Source: Octopus vulgaris | Lineage: Eukaryota | NCBI GenBank assembly: GCA_951406725.2 | Contig: OX597816.1 | Span: forward strand, 3,658,001 to 3,722,000 | Length of the DNA stretch: 64,000 nt | Reading direction: 5' to 3' | Shown here: positions 25,787-39,095 of the stretch, one piece after another | Position numbering within the stretch: position 1 is the first letter of the stretch | How the letters are laid out: every line of letters starts with the position of its first letter | Program-made: the position numbers and the translations under genes | Notes under the pieces: model-generated | What the model saw: only the letters and a program-made list of their open reading frames with translations | Told to the model about the DNA's origin: nothing | Databases searched by the model: none

Positions 25787-26550
25787 TCACTAACTCTATA
25801 TCCACTTGCTCCTCCCTCTCCCTCTTTGCATGATTACGTGTCAATCTCTTAATTCCATTTTAACACTTAGACTCAACCCGTCGGATCGGAGGGATCGAAA
25901 GGGGTCCTCTACGGAATCACTTGACTTGTAAGAAACAGCAGCTAAATCTTTCTCATATCACGCCCCGTCGCTTTAGTACAAGGGGACTCGTTGGATAATG
26001 TTATAATGGATTCTCTGCTCTGGATCGTAGGGTTTGCGTGATCGAGTCTGACCTGGTGCTAAAAAAACAACACATGTACACACACACACACACACACACA
26101 CAAACATACGCAACAGTTACTTTCCTCATATACTTGCCCCTCTCTTTATTTCTGTCTCTTACTCCTCCTCCTCTCACTCACTCTCTATCAAACACTCCCC
26201 CTTCCTTTACCAACCAGTTATATAAAGACTCTTCCCGTACTCACCCCCCCCCCCTCGGTGATCTTCTCTTATTTATTTACTCCTCATCAGCCATTACACG
26301 ACTGCTGTCTATAACAACAGGCTTCCACGCTTTTTCCTCTCCTCCTCCTCCCCCCCCGCCTCTTACAGTTCTTTCTGTATCAGCGGCAAGCTTATATCAT
26401 TTATAGTCAAAACAGTCTCTCTTCTCACTATTAGTCTCACTGACAGCAACACCAACACACGGCCTCACGCCGCCTTCGACGCCGCCAATTTTATTTTCAT
26501 TTTCTTTCGCGTCTTTTTTTTTCTCCATATTTTCACTGTTCTTCCTCGTT
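25365..26550 (+). promoter_or_regulatory. Possible promoter or 5' region of the globin gene: CT-rich tracts and a TATA-like tatataaag near 26219
   Basis: Pyrimidine-rich and largely free of intact transposons, ~1.3 kb upstream of the ATG; motif evidence only. Confidence 0.25.
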
Positions 26551-26781
26551 CTATCTAAAATGATTAGAAGTGGGGCTAATTAGGCCCAAGCAATTAGATT
26601 GTAAATATATATATATAATACATACATACATATACAAGTTGTTATTGAAGACTGTATATATATAATTACAAACACTCACACGCACAGATACACACACACA
26701 TAAACATATACATACAAACACACAAATACATACATATATATATATACACAACTATATAATAGCTTTACACATCCTTCTATT

Positions 26782-26836
<55 letters not shown>

Positions 26837-27499
26837 ATGCGTGTGTGTATAGTTTACCAAACCAACTTATAGACCAAGAATAAAGCAAGAAAATTAAACG
26901 AAACAATAATAATTAATATTAATTAAAATAATTATTATTAAAAATCAATCGAACAAGGATTTACCGTGAAACAAACATCACAAATCTACACGTTTAATCA
27001 CACACACACACACGTGTAAGATCATGAATAAATAAAGTTATATTTACATACAAGCAACACCACTCGCAGTTACAGAAAACACATAGGGACACGTGAGCGT
27101 ACGAATGTATATATCTTATAGTTGGACATCTCTTGAATAAGACACCGGCATACACACACATACATATATATATATCTTCTATAATCACACACATATACGT
27201 CGAATTCTTGCTGCTGGATATACCAAATTTAATAAGTTGGAAACCGGTCCCAACGAGCCGATGTGGAAAAAAAGTTTGTATTTATTGATAAAATAATTAT
27301 AAAAAGAGAAAAACAGGAAAGCATAATTAGCTTTTAATTTGAAAAAAAAAAAAAAAGTTTATTTATTCAGTTGTTTTAATTTGTTATATTTTATTTAAAA
27401 TATTTCTAAAAAAATTACTTGTAAGTTATAGTAGTAGTACCAGCAGAGTTTGATATTATTGTTGAAAAAAAAAAAAAAAAAAAAAAAAAGCAAAGAATT

Positions 27500-27711
27500 A
27501 TGGGTTGTCGAGAATCGAAAGAACAGTGTGGTCCAAATTTAACCGAAAGAAGGAAGAGCAATGTTTGCCAGGATCCTAATAGTGTGGAGAGCGCCATACC
27601 CCAGGTCGATCCCCGGCTTCCGCTCAATGCTCGAGATATTTTCAAACTGAAGCAGTCTTGGAAAGGGATTAAACGAAACATGGAAACAACCGGAGTGGAG
27701 ATGTTTATAAG
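27500..27711 (+). CDS. First coding exon of an N-acylated globin (globin X / neuroglobin-like)
   Basis: MGCRESK...DPRLPLNARDIFKLKQSWKGIKRNMETTGVEMFIR matches globin A helix (W at A12) and B helix (G B6, F B10). Donor AG|GTCTGT after 27711 splits the Arg at B12 in phase 2, the conserved B12.2 intron. Confidence 0.9.
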
Positions 27712-27819
27712 GTCTGTAGCGATTTATTCTTCAAAATAATTATTTTCTTCATCAACTTTGCTATTTGCTGTACAAAAAAAAAAAAAAATTATAATTATAA
27801 TTGACAACTTATACGTTGA

Positions 27820-28211
27820 GGCGCAGGAGTGGCTGTTGGTAAGTAGCTTGTTTACCAACCACATGGTTCCGGGTTCAGCCCCACTGCGTGGCATCTTGGG
27901 CAAGTGTCTTCTGCTATAGCCCCGGGCCGACCAATGCCTTGTGAGTGAACTTGGTAGACAGAAACTGAAAGAAGCCTGTCGTATATATGTATATATATAT
28001 ATATATATGCATGTGTGTGTTTGTCCCCCTAGCATTGCTTGACAACCGATTCTGGTGTGTTTATGTCCCCGTCACTTAGCGGTTCGGCAAAAGAGACCGA
28101 TAGAATAAGTACTGGGCTTACAAAAGAATAAGTCCCGGGGTCGAGTTGCTCGATTAAAGGCGGTGCTCCAGCATGGCCGCAGTCAAAATGACTGAAACAA
28201 GTAAAAGAGTA
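27820..28211 (+). mobile_element. SINE, family A, in the globin intron
   Basis: Full-length copy. Confidence 0.9.
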
Positions 28212-28894
28212 AATAGTAACTTCATTAGCGCGAACCAAAAGTGTGCGCAGAGAGGGGTGTGTTGCCATTCGGTAAATTTTGTGATGGATTAGAATGATGA
28301 AATTAGGAGGGTTAGGTGGGGGCCAGCACTAAATACGCGGCTGTGGGCTCAGAGCAAAAACTGGGAGAACGTACCTGCTTTTGGTATATTGGGGTACCTT
28401 GATGTTGCATGTAGTGTCCGGAATTAACCTATGTCGTTACTCCCCATTTGCAGATCCTTTTCCTTGGACATATTTGTTCGCTTTCTATTATGCTATATTA
28501 TTATTATTGCTGTTTCTTCTCCTTGCATATAAATTAAGGGAGGAGGATAGGAGAGATTTTTGTGGGATTTTTCTGAGCAGCTTTGGAAGTATCCCCGCTT
28601 TTGTGGAATTTTCTGATGATTTTTTTGTTTTGTTTCTTTCTTTTTGTTATTCTGTTTACGCGCCTACAAATGACCCTTCATCACACCATAATGTTTTGTG
28701 TCATTCTGTTACGTCCTTAATATTTGGGGAACCCCTTCATAGTTAAAGAAATTCTCAATTGCCATATATCTTTGTATTGTTGTTCTCACCCTTGTACTTC
28801 ATGTGAACACCCTTTTGTTTCTCATTCGTTGTTTTGTGCTCCCTCTTTAACGCATTCGATCCTCATAGCCAATAAAATAAAATGATATTATTAT

Positions 28895-31370
28895 TATAAG
28901 GCTGACAGAATTGTTATCACGCCGGATAAACTGCTTAGCGGCATTTTGTCCGGCTTTGCGTTCTGAATTCAAAGGTTGACTTTACCTTTCATCCTTTCGA
29001 TAAAATAAGCACCAATTGAGCCCTTAGGTCGGTCTAATTGTCTTGCCCCTCCCCCCACAAAAATTTCACACCTTGCACCCATAGTGGAAAGAATTGTTAG
29101 ACTGTCGGACAAAATACTTAACTGCATTCCCTTCGGTTTTTTACTTTCTGCGTTCAGATTCCGCTGAGATCTACTTTGCTTTTAATTCTTTCAGGGGCCA
29201 AGGAAATAAAATATCAGGATTCGATATAATCGAGTTATTCCCGCGAACCGGAATTGCTGGCCTTGTTCCAAAATTTGAAAGTGGTATTTGAAACTAAGAA
29301 AACCAGTACCATTCAAGTGCTGACCCGGCATCTCCAAATATATGGCCATGTGCTGCCCCAAATTAGGAAGAATTATTATCATTGAGAGAGCAGTACATGG
29401 TAGAGGCATTTATTTCTTTGGAACTAAAATTTTCCAAGTTTCACTATAACCAACAGACACATCGTTTGTCACGACGATCCCTCTACGTCTTCAGTGGAAC
29501 CCAAGGAAGAAAGAAACTAAATTCGTTCCCAATATATTTGGACTACCATTTCGCCAGAGTATATGTTACTTTGCATCATTTTTGGGTCAAGACAAAATTA
29601 AATTGGGGGTTTGATTAAAATAATTACACACCATGAAGTTGTAACAGCGGTACAGACCCCTGCCGTTATTTTTGAGATTCCAGCTCTTCACGATCACAGT
29701 TCAAATCCTGCCGAGTTCAACTTTGCCTTTCATCTTTTCGGTGTCGTTAAAGTACTTGCTGGGAACTGGGGTCGATTTAATCGACTTGTTCCCTCCATTA
29801 AAATTGCTGGCCTTATGTCAAAATCTGGAATAATAATTATTAAGAAGGCTGTAGATGTTTGAACGTATAGAGTTGGCCTAAATGCCTTAGTTTCGTTCGA
29901 GTTCGAATCTGATCTAGATTTATTTCGTCTTTCTTTTCTTCAAGATCGATAAAACATACGAGAATATATTTAGTCGAACCCTCTACAAATTCGTGGACAT
30001 GTAACAATGAAATCTAGGAGACGGAAGGGTTGCAGATTAGGTTTGACCTTGGTATAACCGTCTTCGTAATATTTAAGTCTTGTCTAAATAACGAACTGGC
30101 AGAATCGGTGGGACTCCGAGCAGAATGCTTAGCGGCATTTCGTCCGTCTTTATGTTCAGGGTTTAAAATCCGCTGTTTTATCCTTTCGGGGCCGATAAAA
30201 TAAGTACCAATTGAGCCTTGTGGGGTCGACGTAATCGACTTAGTCCCCTCCGGCCGAACTTGCTGGCTTCGTTCCAAAATTTGAAATTAATATTTAAGTT
30301 TTGTTTTTAGAGATTTTCACTTCATTCTTTGATGGAGATCTAGCCTTCCATTTTCGTTTTTTATATCCCATTGACAACCTAATCCTCGGCTGCATATTTT
30401 CCCCTAATTAATATCCTCTGTCATTGAAATGAGGGTCTCTGTGAACGAAGTATTCCTGTCAGTGTTGGAAATAAAACTCTATTGGAACAAGTCACAAACT
30501 TTCTAACCATGCCAGTCCCATCTTATTTTCTATTATTACATTATGGATGGAAGATTGGCAGAGCAGTTAGAACATCGGAGAAATTTAGCTTGATTTGTTC
30601 CAGCACTTTACGTTTTGAGTTCAAATCTGCCATCCCCACCCCATCAAATCTGCCATCCCCACCCCATAAAATAAATCAGGTACGGAAGTCGATAATATCG
30701 ACTAATAGCCTCCGCTCAGAACTCCTGCTCTCATACCGAAATCAATAGCAGTTATTTTATTATTATTATTATTATTATTATTAATATTATTATTTATATT
30801 TTGATGGCGGAAGGCATATTCGATACAAATGAAGAACGGTAATCGATTAAATAGGTTGCAAAACGCAAGAAGGTTACATCATTAACCGTTTCCAGTTGCC
30901 AATACAACACGTGGTAACTATGTAAATAAACATTGGTCTGGATTATCGTGATTACGAAAGTTTGTATGTTGCTGCTGATCAGAATCGCCGGTTCTGTTGA
31001 AATCAATCCCTTTTCTTTGTAAAGAGAAATGCATGTTCCTCTAACAAACGGGCAGAATACTTAACAACATTTATGTCTTTACGTTCTGAGGCTAAAACTG
31101 CCTTTCATCTTTACAGGGTCGACTATATATAGTATCATAGAAGTTGTGAGATCGATGGTATTGAGTAGAACCTCTCCCCTGAAATTGCTGACCTCCTGCC
31201 TAAATTAGAATCAGTTTGTACCGTGGAAGAATCGTTAGAACATCGGACAAAATTGTGATTCGTTACGTTCTGAGTTCAAATCTCAACCGAACAACCTTTG
31301 TTTTTTTTATCTGAATAAGGTCGATCAAATAAAGTACCAGTTAAATACTGAGGTGAATTTAAAGCAGCCG
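28895..31370 (+). mobile_element. Cluster of old, degenerate Meta-type SINE fragments
   Basis: Recurrent gttctgagttcaaat, ctttcatc, gtcgataaaataagtacc and aattgctggccttg motifs. Confidence 0.7.
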
Positions 31371-31429
31371 GTTTTATGATTTTCTTCTTCGGCGAAAAAT
31401 TCTTATTTTGTTTCGAACAATGTTGGAGT

Positions 31430-31815
31430 GTTGGCAGAAACGTTAGCACACCGGGCGAAATGCTTTGCAGTATTTCGTCTGCCGTTACGTTCTGAGTTCA
31501 AATTCCGCCGAGGTCGACTTTGCCTTTCATCCTTTCGGGGTCGATTAAATAAGTACCAGTTACGCACTGGGGTCGATGTAATCGACATAATCCGTTTGTC
31601 TGTCCTTGTTTGTCCCCTCTGTGTCTAGCCTATTGTGGGTAGTAAAGAAATACGTATTTCGTCTGCCATTACGCTCTGAGTTAAAATTCCGCCGAGGTCG
31701 ACTTAGCCTTTCATGCTTTCGGGACGGATAAATTAAGTACCAGTTGCCTACTTGGTCGATCTAATCGACTGGACCCTCCCCCCAAATTTCGGGCCTTGTG
31801 CTAGAATAGAAAAGA
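31430..31815 (+). mobile_element. Meta-type SINE (head, module A, module B)
   Basis: Two Meta-like domains and one head. Confidence 0.9.
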
Positions 31816-31847
31816 ATCGTTAGCATACCAGGCTAAATGCTCAACGC

Positions 31848-32049
31848 CAGGGTTCCCAACCGGTGATTCCTTCGAATCCCTGGGGGTGGTGTGGGGTTCA
31901 CGAAGCCTTAGCAGGGGTTCGCGTAGCCTTGCTGTTAGTGGCTTGGTGTAATATTTGTTTCAGCTCATCAATTTCATTTTTCATGCTCTGCGCATAGTAG
32001 TGGATAGCTGGGTAAGGGGTCGCGAGTGCAGAGACGTTGTGAACAGCTG
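31848..32049. mobile_element. hAT (Charlie-like) MITE nested in a Meta-type SINE head
   Basis: Termini cagggttcccaac and gttgtgaacagctg; the host sequence aaatgct...gcttagcggcatttcgtc resumes after it with a degenerate TSD. Confidence 0.6.
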
Positions 32050-32770
32050 GCTTAGCGGCATTTCGTCCGTCTTTAACGTTCAGAGTTCAAATTCCGCCGA
32101 AGTCGATAAAATACGTACCAGCTGGGAAATGGAAGTCGATGTCACCGACTAACCCCTCCTCTGAAATTGCTGGCCTCGTGCCAAAATTTGAGGCCAATAT
32201 TTTGTCTCCAAAGATTTCCTGCCAGTTTTTTCTTGTACAACCAGACGCAATTTCCGTGACCTGGAATCTTCTGCAGTTTTTGGCGTTCGAGACGGTTAGA
32301 GCTGTCTCTGTATCCGGCATTTGGTTTTTCTTTGTTGTTGTAATCGTTTCGTTGCTTCTGGTGTTACTTTAATGTTTCGTCTGTTTATTGTGACGAGTAT
32401 ATGCAATATTGCGGATGTGTTGGTCTGTTGGTTAGTGACTATTTCCCTTGCGTTGCGTAATGTTTGTATGGAATGTGTGACAATATCGGGAGTTGAATAC
32501 GTAAAAATAAATGTATTGTATCGTTATATTTGATATGGATGCGTATAAACACTGTGCATTATGGGGTACTATAGGGGTGGGAATGGAGAGATGGTACTGT
32601 GTGGTATAATAATTATTGGAGATCTACACAATAGTATTTACAGTGTTACAAGAGTTGTGTTGTAATGGCGGATGTTAATTATGTAAAGTATGTATCATGC
32701 TGTCCGGTTGGACGTACAAGCTGTGTACGTCGGTGGATTATTGGGCGACCATTATGTAGAATGTGTGTTA

Positions 32771-33072
32771 AGGCACGTGACTCAGTGGTTCGGGTTTTCG
32801 GTTGACGATCATAACGCCGGGAGTTCGATTCGCTTTCAGCAAGACGGTTTATTTCACGTTGTTACAGTCTACTCACCTGGCAAAAATGTATCGTACCTGT
32901 ATTCAAAGGGAGTCAGCTTTGTCACATCTTGTGTCACGCTGACTCTCTTTGAGAACTCCATCAAAGGTACACGTGTCTACGGAGCGCTCAGCCACTCGCG
33001 AACTTAATTTCACGTGCAGGCTGTTCCGTTGATCGGATCAACTGGAATACTTGTCGTCGTAACTGACGGAGG
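32771..33072 (+). mobile_element. Degenerate SINE, family B
   Basis: Similar to 11202-11529. Confidence 0.75.
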
Positions 33073-33489
33073 ACCAAATATGTGATGGGGGGAGTCGGGT
33101 GAATTGCCAGAATCGTTGACCCTTCGGACAAAAATGCTTAGCGACATTTCTTCCGGTTCTTTACATTCATAGTTCAAATTCAACTGTGGTTGTTTTCGCC
33201 TTTCATCCTTTCGGGACAAACTAGGTACCAGTGGAACACTGGGGTTGATATAATGGACCTGACCCCCACCCGCACCCCACAAAATTTTCTGCCCTTCGGT
33301 CCATAGCAGAAACAATTATGTGTAGTATGTCTTGTATGAGTTGTTATTTTGTTGGGACTACGAAGGTCATAAAGCGGGTATGTGGTGGGTATGAAAGCGT
33401 CAAGTTTAAGGTTCTGGTTTTAGCTAAAAGGGCCGTTAGTTTTAACTGTGTGTAAAATCCTCCTCATCATCATCATTGTTAAAGTGGTG

Positions 33490-34470
33490 ACCTGGCAGAA
33501 TCGTTAGCACGCCGGGCAAAATGCTTTGCGGTATTTCGCCCGTCCTTACGTTCTGAGTTCAAATTCCTCCGGGGTCGATGTAATCGACTAGCCCCCTCCC
33601 CAAATATTTCAGGCCTTGTGCCTATAGAAATGGTTGTTATTATTATTATTATTATTATTATCATCATCCTTCTTAAGGCGGGGCGAGCTGGCAAAATCGT
33701 AGCCCGCCTGGCAAAACGCTTAGTCGCTTTTCGTACATCTTTACTTATAAGTTCAATTTGCCTTTCAAACTTTCGGGATCGATAAAATAAGTACCAGTCG
33801 TGCACTGGTGGGAGGTTGTCGATGTAATCGAATTACCCCTTCTATACAATTATTACCCTAGTGCTAAAATTTGAAAGCAGGGCAAGCTGATCGAATTGTT
33901 AGCCCGCCGGGCAAAATGCTTGGCAGTATTATACCCGTCATTATGTTCTGAGTTCAAATTCCGCTGAGGTCGACTTTGTCCTTCATCCTTTCGGGGGTCG
34001 ATAAGTTAAGCACCAGTGAACCACTCGGGTCGATGTGATTGACTTTCTGTCTCCCACCCAAAATGTTAGGCCTTGTGCCTTTAGTAGAAAGGATTATTAT
34101 TATTAGTAGTAGTAATAGTTCCGCCGAGGTGGACTTTACCTCTCATCCTTTCGGGGTCGATAAATTAAGTACCAGTTGTGTACTGGAGTAGATCTAATCG
34201 ACTGGCCCCAATCCCCCAAATTTCAGGCCTTGTACCTATAGTAGAAAGGATTATTATTATTATTGGTGGTGGTGGTCGTCGTCGTAGCAGCAGTAGTAGT
34301 AAGATGGTGAACAAGAAGTACGGTTATCACGTCGGTTAAGATGCTTAGCGACATTTCTTCCGGGCTTCCGTTCTCAGTTCAGATGCCGCCGATGTTGATT
34401 AGCCTGTCGTCCTTTAGGGCTCCCTAACTATGCACCAGTTGGCCACTGGGGTTGTTGTAATTGACTTAGC
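33490..34470 (+). mobile_element. Tandem cluster of Meta-type SINE copies separated by (TAT)n
   Basis: Repeated heads and Meta-like domains. Confidence 0.8.
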
Positions 34471-35428
34471 TCTCTCCCACAAATCGTTGGGATGGTGCCA
34501 AAACCATTATTATTGTTGATGTCGTTATTATTGATGTTAGTATTGTTGCTTTGGTTGTTGTCGCTGCCAGGTTTTCTATTCTCAAATTCTCCATCGATGG
34601 ATATGTCAGTCCTTGGATTTTGGAAAAGAAATTCCAGTGGTTAAGTGACAATGTTCTGGGCCTCGACGCAGACGAATTCGGAGAACTTTTAACCTAAGAA
34701 CTTTGGAAACTTCCAGATATCCCTTACTTAGTATTGTTGGTTTGAATATACAGTTTAGATATGAAAGTGTCATCTGCCAAAATTGTCTGAGATTTGTTCC
34801 GAAAGATGAAACAGATCCACATTCATTTGTTCACTGCCTTAATATTGTTGATTTTTGGGGTTCCGTAGATTTGCTCTTGTCATATGTAGAACATATCCAA
34901 GCATCAGACGACTCCGTGGTGAAGGCCGCTCCATCAGGGACTATAATAATGCTAATAAAAGTAGAATCAGTAGCAAAACGAAGTTCACTGTATTCGCCGA
35001 GAACTTTATATTGTCTCATACTTTCTGATTCACTCTTACCAATAATGATTTCTGATGGAGAAGGTCGCACGTGGAGCTGATAATGTCGGTTCAGGATTTG
35101 CTCGCTACGGGATAACAAATCGAGAGACGGTGTAAACAGAGAGAGTCACGAAACGAAATACGGAAAAGGAATAACGTCACAGCGCTATTGATTCTGTCAC
35201 TCAAATAATAATAATAATATTGGTGATGATGATAATAATAATAATAATAATAATAAACAGAATGTGGAGACTGGAAGCAAAAATGATAGATACTTACTCA
35301 CAATGTAGAAAATAGCACAATTAGTGACTTCACATTTATATTACCTAGGGTACAGTGTATACATCAAAAGCCTGCTCAAAGCCAATCACCACAGAGGTGC
35401 ATCCAATTATTGTACAGTGGCAGCATGC

Positions 35429-35459
<31 letters not shown>

Positions 35460-35475
35460 TAAGAATAATAATATA

Positions 35476-35609
35476 GACTAACAAGTATTTATAGCATAGA
35501 GAAAATAGCACTTCTTGGCATCGCTCACATTCTACGTAAAACACTTTCAATACAGTGAAAATAAGAGTACCACAACAAACTCCAGCACATATCTAAGGCA
35601 CACAGAGCC
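35476..35609 (+). mobile_element. R4/Dong-like 3' fragment following (TAA)n
   Basis: SIEKIALLGIAHILRKTLSIQ*, homologous to 1095-1210. Confidence 0.75.
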
Positions 35610-37444
35610 AGCGGTTCTTGAGGAGATGAGGAAGTCGATTCCATCGACCCAGTGCCCAAATTGGTACCTATTTCATCGATCTCAAAAATTACGAAAAGCT
35701 AAGTTAACACCGGTGGAATTTGAACTCAGAACATAACGATCGGAAGAAATATCGCTAAGCACTTTTATCTGGCGTGCTAACGATTCTGCCAGCTCATCGC
35801 CTTCATAGTAACAACAACAACAACGAGGAGGAGAAGGAGGAGGAAGCGGAGAATTTCTTACAAAATCTTTTTATTATAATATTTTCTAACATTGGTCCAA
35901 TATCGTAAATTTAGAAGCAATGATTAATCGATTAAGTCTAACTCAATATTTGATTGATACTTTCTTTTTTACATATCGAACCGGTCTTTGCTTTTCTTCG
36001 TGCTGTCGCTCTTGCTAAACTCCTCGCTAAACAATTCCCGGTGCTATCATTGTCAACAGAAACGTCATTATTTTCCCATTTAAATTTCATGTGTATGGTG
36101 TAAAATATTCTTGCATAAACTAGTTTTTATGTCTTTTGTCTTACTTCTTGTATAGTTGTCTTGTATAAGTTGACACTGCCCCTCGTCGACATCTAGTGTC
36201 GAATGCATGCAAGTTCTTCAAAATTGTTCTCCAAAGTTCTTCAAATAAATAAATTCATAATTCTTTTTCTTCTCTAAGAGTTTTATGTTGTAAGATATTG
36301 GTAAAATGTTTATTTTTCAGCAATCATTTTGAGTAGAAAACCTATTCGGTAACACTGAAATTAACTTGTTCTTTATATCATTGGCCCACCCCACGTCACC
36401 CCGAAAGGATGACTGATAAAATTGTTAACAGCGAGATTTGAACTCAGAATGTAAAGAGCAAGGCGTTTTGTCCGACGCTCCTACGATTCTGAAAAGTGAT
36501 ATACGAGCGACATTGAAAGAGAAATGACAAAATGGCGGGTGTATACATGAAATAAAAAAAAATAGGAATAACAATAGTATAAACAGCAACGGCCCCATTA
36601 GTGGTGCGGGTACAACCACTTAAAACCACCCAGGAAACACAACAAATGCCAAGTTATTTGGACTGCTAAGAGCAAGGTTCCGTCTCTGTTTTGTTTTACT
36701 GACCTATATACGTTGGCTGAGAGGAGAACAATTCACTCGTTTTATACACGTCACTCTTACACTTCGTTTAATGAACTTTCTGGAGACCAATGCCTTCCTC
36801 CACACCTTCACCTCCCTCTCCAAATAATAAGACAACTGTCCACCGGAGTATTTCAGGTTGTCCAAATCTACAACGATGCAGCAGCCATGTTGATTGAGCA
36901 ATATTCTGACATTTCGAAAGTAAAAACGAAGACCGGTATCAGTGTGAACCAAACACGGTTGACGGTGGCGATCTGAGCACAACAATCTGGCATTCACCTG
37001 TCAAGATCGACGGGAAGATAAAAGCAGACCGATCCGATTGGAATGGAAATGCTTGTGGTCTGATTGACATCTCGAACTGTTTCTCGCGGAAGGAGAAACT
37101 GTCGACTTACAAATCAATTTTAATGGAAATCAAACTAAGAACAGTTTTAATATCAATTGTAGCTCGCCGCGGTAGACTTAGCGTTTCGTATTTTGGGGTC
37201 GATTAAATAAGTACCAATTATGCATTGGGTCGATATAATCGACTTAATCCTTTTGTCTGTCCTTGCTTGTCCCCTCTAGTTCGACTTTGCCGTTCATTCC
37301 TTCAGCGGGGGTCAATATAATCGATTTACTCTCTTCTCCGAACTTGATGGCCTTGGGCTAAAATTTGAAAGCAACATTAACTGGAACTCTAATTACGGTA
37401 ATGATTATGAAGAGAAATTTAGAACACTACCGGGGCTAACTAAC

Positions 37445-37620
37445 CACAAAGCCAGCAATTTCGGGGAGGAGCTAAGCCGATTACATCAACCGCAGTATTC
37501 AACTAAAGGATGAAAGGCAAAGTAGACCTCGGCGGAATTTGAACTCAGAACGTAAAGACAGACGAAATACCGCTAAGCATTTCGTCCGGTGCGCTAACGA
37601 TTCTGCCAGCTCACCGTCTT
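37445..37620 (-). mobile_element. Meta-type SINE with internal deletion
   Basis: Head and part of the Meta-like domain are visible. Confidence 0.8.
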
Positions 37621-37953
37621 GATAATGATGATAATAATAATGATAGTTTCAGTATTGATTCCAGGACACCGGCATCGTAGATATATTTTAGTTTTCCAGA
37701 ACCTAAATATAGCAAGAGTAAGACGTTTCCTCTGTGTATATCTTCAGGTTAGTTCATGTCTGTTAGTCTAAATTCTTTCCTTCCAAACATCAAAACCTAC
37801 AACCGCTCCTCAAATAAAACACAGGATTGATGTTACACTTTCTAACCCGAAGCCTCACTTTTGATCTTCAGACTTCAATTCCAATGTTGATATAATATTC
37901 CATGCAACGAATTTACTGCCAAGACTATTTCCCCTTTGTGTGTTTATGTATGC

Positions 37954-37998
<45 letters not shown>

Positions 37999-38151
37999 CA
38001 CACATACATACACACCCGGCATTCGCTTGCTCTCATTTGTTGCGTTGGCTCAAATAAGTAATCTCTTTGTTACGCTGGATTCTGGCCAGTTTTCGGATGT
38101 TCATACGACAAAGACTGTGTGTGTGTGTGTGTATATGTACATATGTATGGT

Positions 38152-38182
<31 letters not shown>

Positions 38183-38734
38183 TTGTAAGCATGGATGATT
38201 GTATACCTTTCCACCCACACGTATAATTCCATGCATATATACATACAGATTCACACAGACATTCACCCCCTCATAGACCACCGTCAGAACTCATCGTCGT
38301 AGTCTCTCTCTCTCTCTCTCACACTCACACCGACACACACACACATATTCGTAAACAACAATAAACACTCACACTTGAATACATATATCTAGAAAGAGAG
38401 AGAGAGAGAGACAGATGAAGTGACGGAATGTGTTGGGAAGAACCTGACGTTGTAGAGATGTTGTAAATACATAAAATATCAGATAACTGGAGATTATCTG
38501 AAATTTTTTTTAATCTGTTTCAGCTGGTTGTGATCCAGCGTCCATCAAAAACACTTGTACATGCGCGCGCGCGCACACACACACACAAACTTGATTTCTC
38601 AATCTAATCGCCAAAATGAATGAAAGAACACAAGAAATTGCTTTACGTTCCTTTTCTTGGCTTATTGTTTGTGTTTTTTCATTGAAAAAATAACATCAAT
38701 TAATTTTGATGTCAGCTTGATTCGATGTTGATAA

Positions 38735-39095
38735 TAATGTGGATGATAATGATGATGATGATGACGACGATGATAATGATAACGGTAACGACGATGTAGA
38801 TTATGATGATGATGATGTCGATTACTACAACGTAGATGATTATAATAATGTAGATGAAAGCGGTGGGTAGTGGTGGTGGTGGTAATGTCTTTGAGAATGA
38901 TGATGATAATGTCGATAGATAACGCTGTTTACGTACTACGATGCAGCGATGATGATGATGATGATTATGTAGATGAAGTTGGCGATGGTGGTGTTGAAAA
39001 TGATGACGATGGTGATACTGATAGACAGCGATATCTACATTCGCAACTGAACTGATGACGATGATGATGATGACGACGATGATGATGATGATAAC
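38735..39095. repeat. Degenerate (GAT/GAC/GGT)n tract
   Basis: Directly visible. Confidence 0.9.

Noticed and set aside
27712-27739. ORF continuation SVAIYSSK
   Set aside because: Read-through into the intron past the B12.2 donor.
34565-35120. Possible degraded Tc1-like transposase (also 60100-60700)
   Set aside because: Only faint motif resemblance and no TIRs found; needs a profile search.
36704-36997. Overlapping non-repetitive ORFs
   Set aside because: No recognisable domain or splice support.
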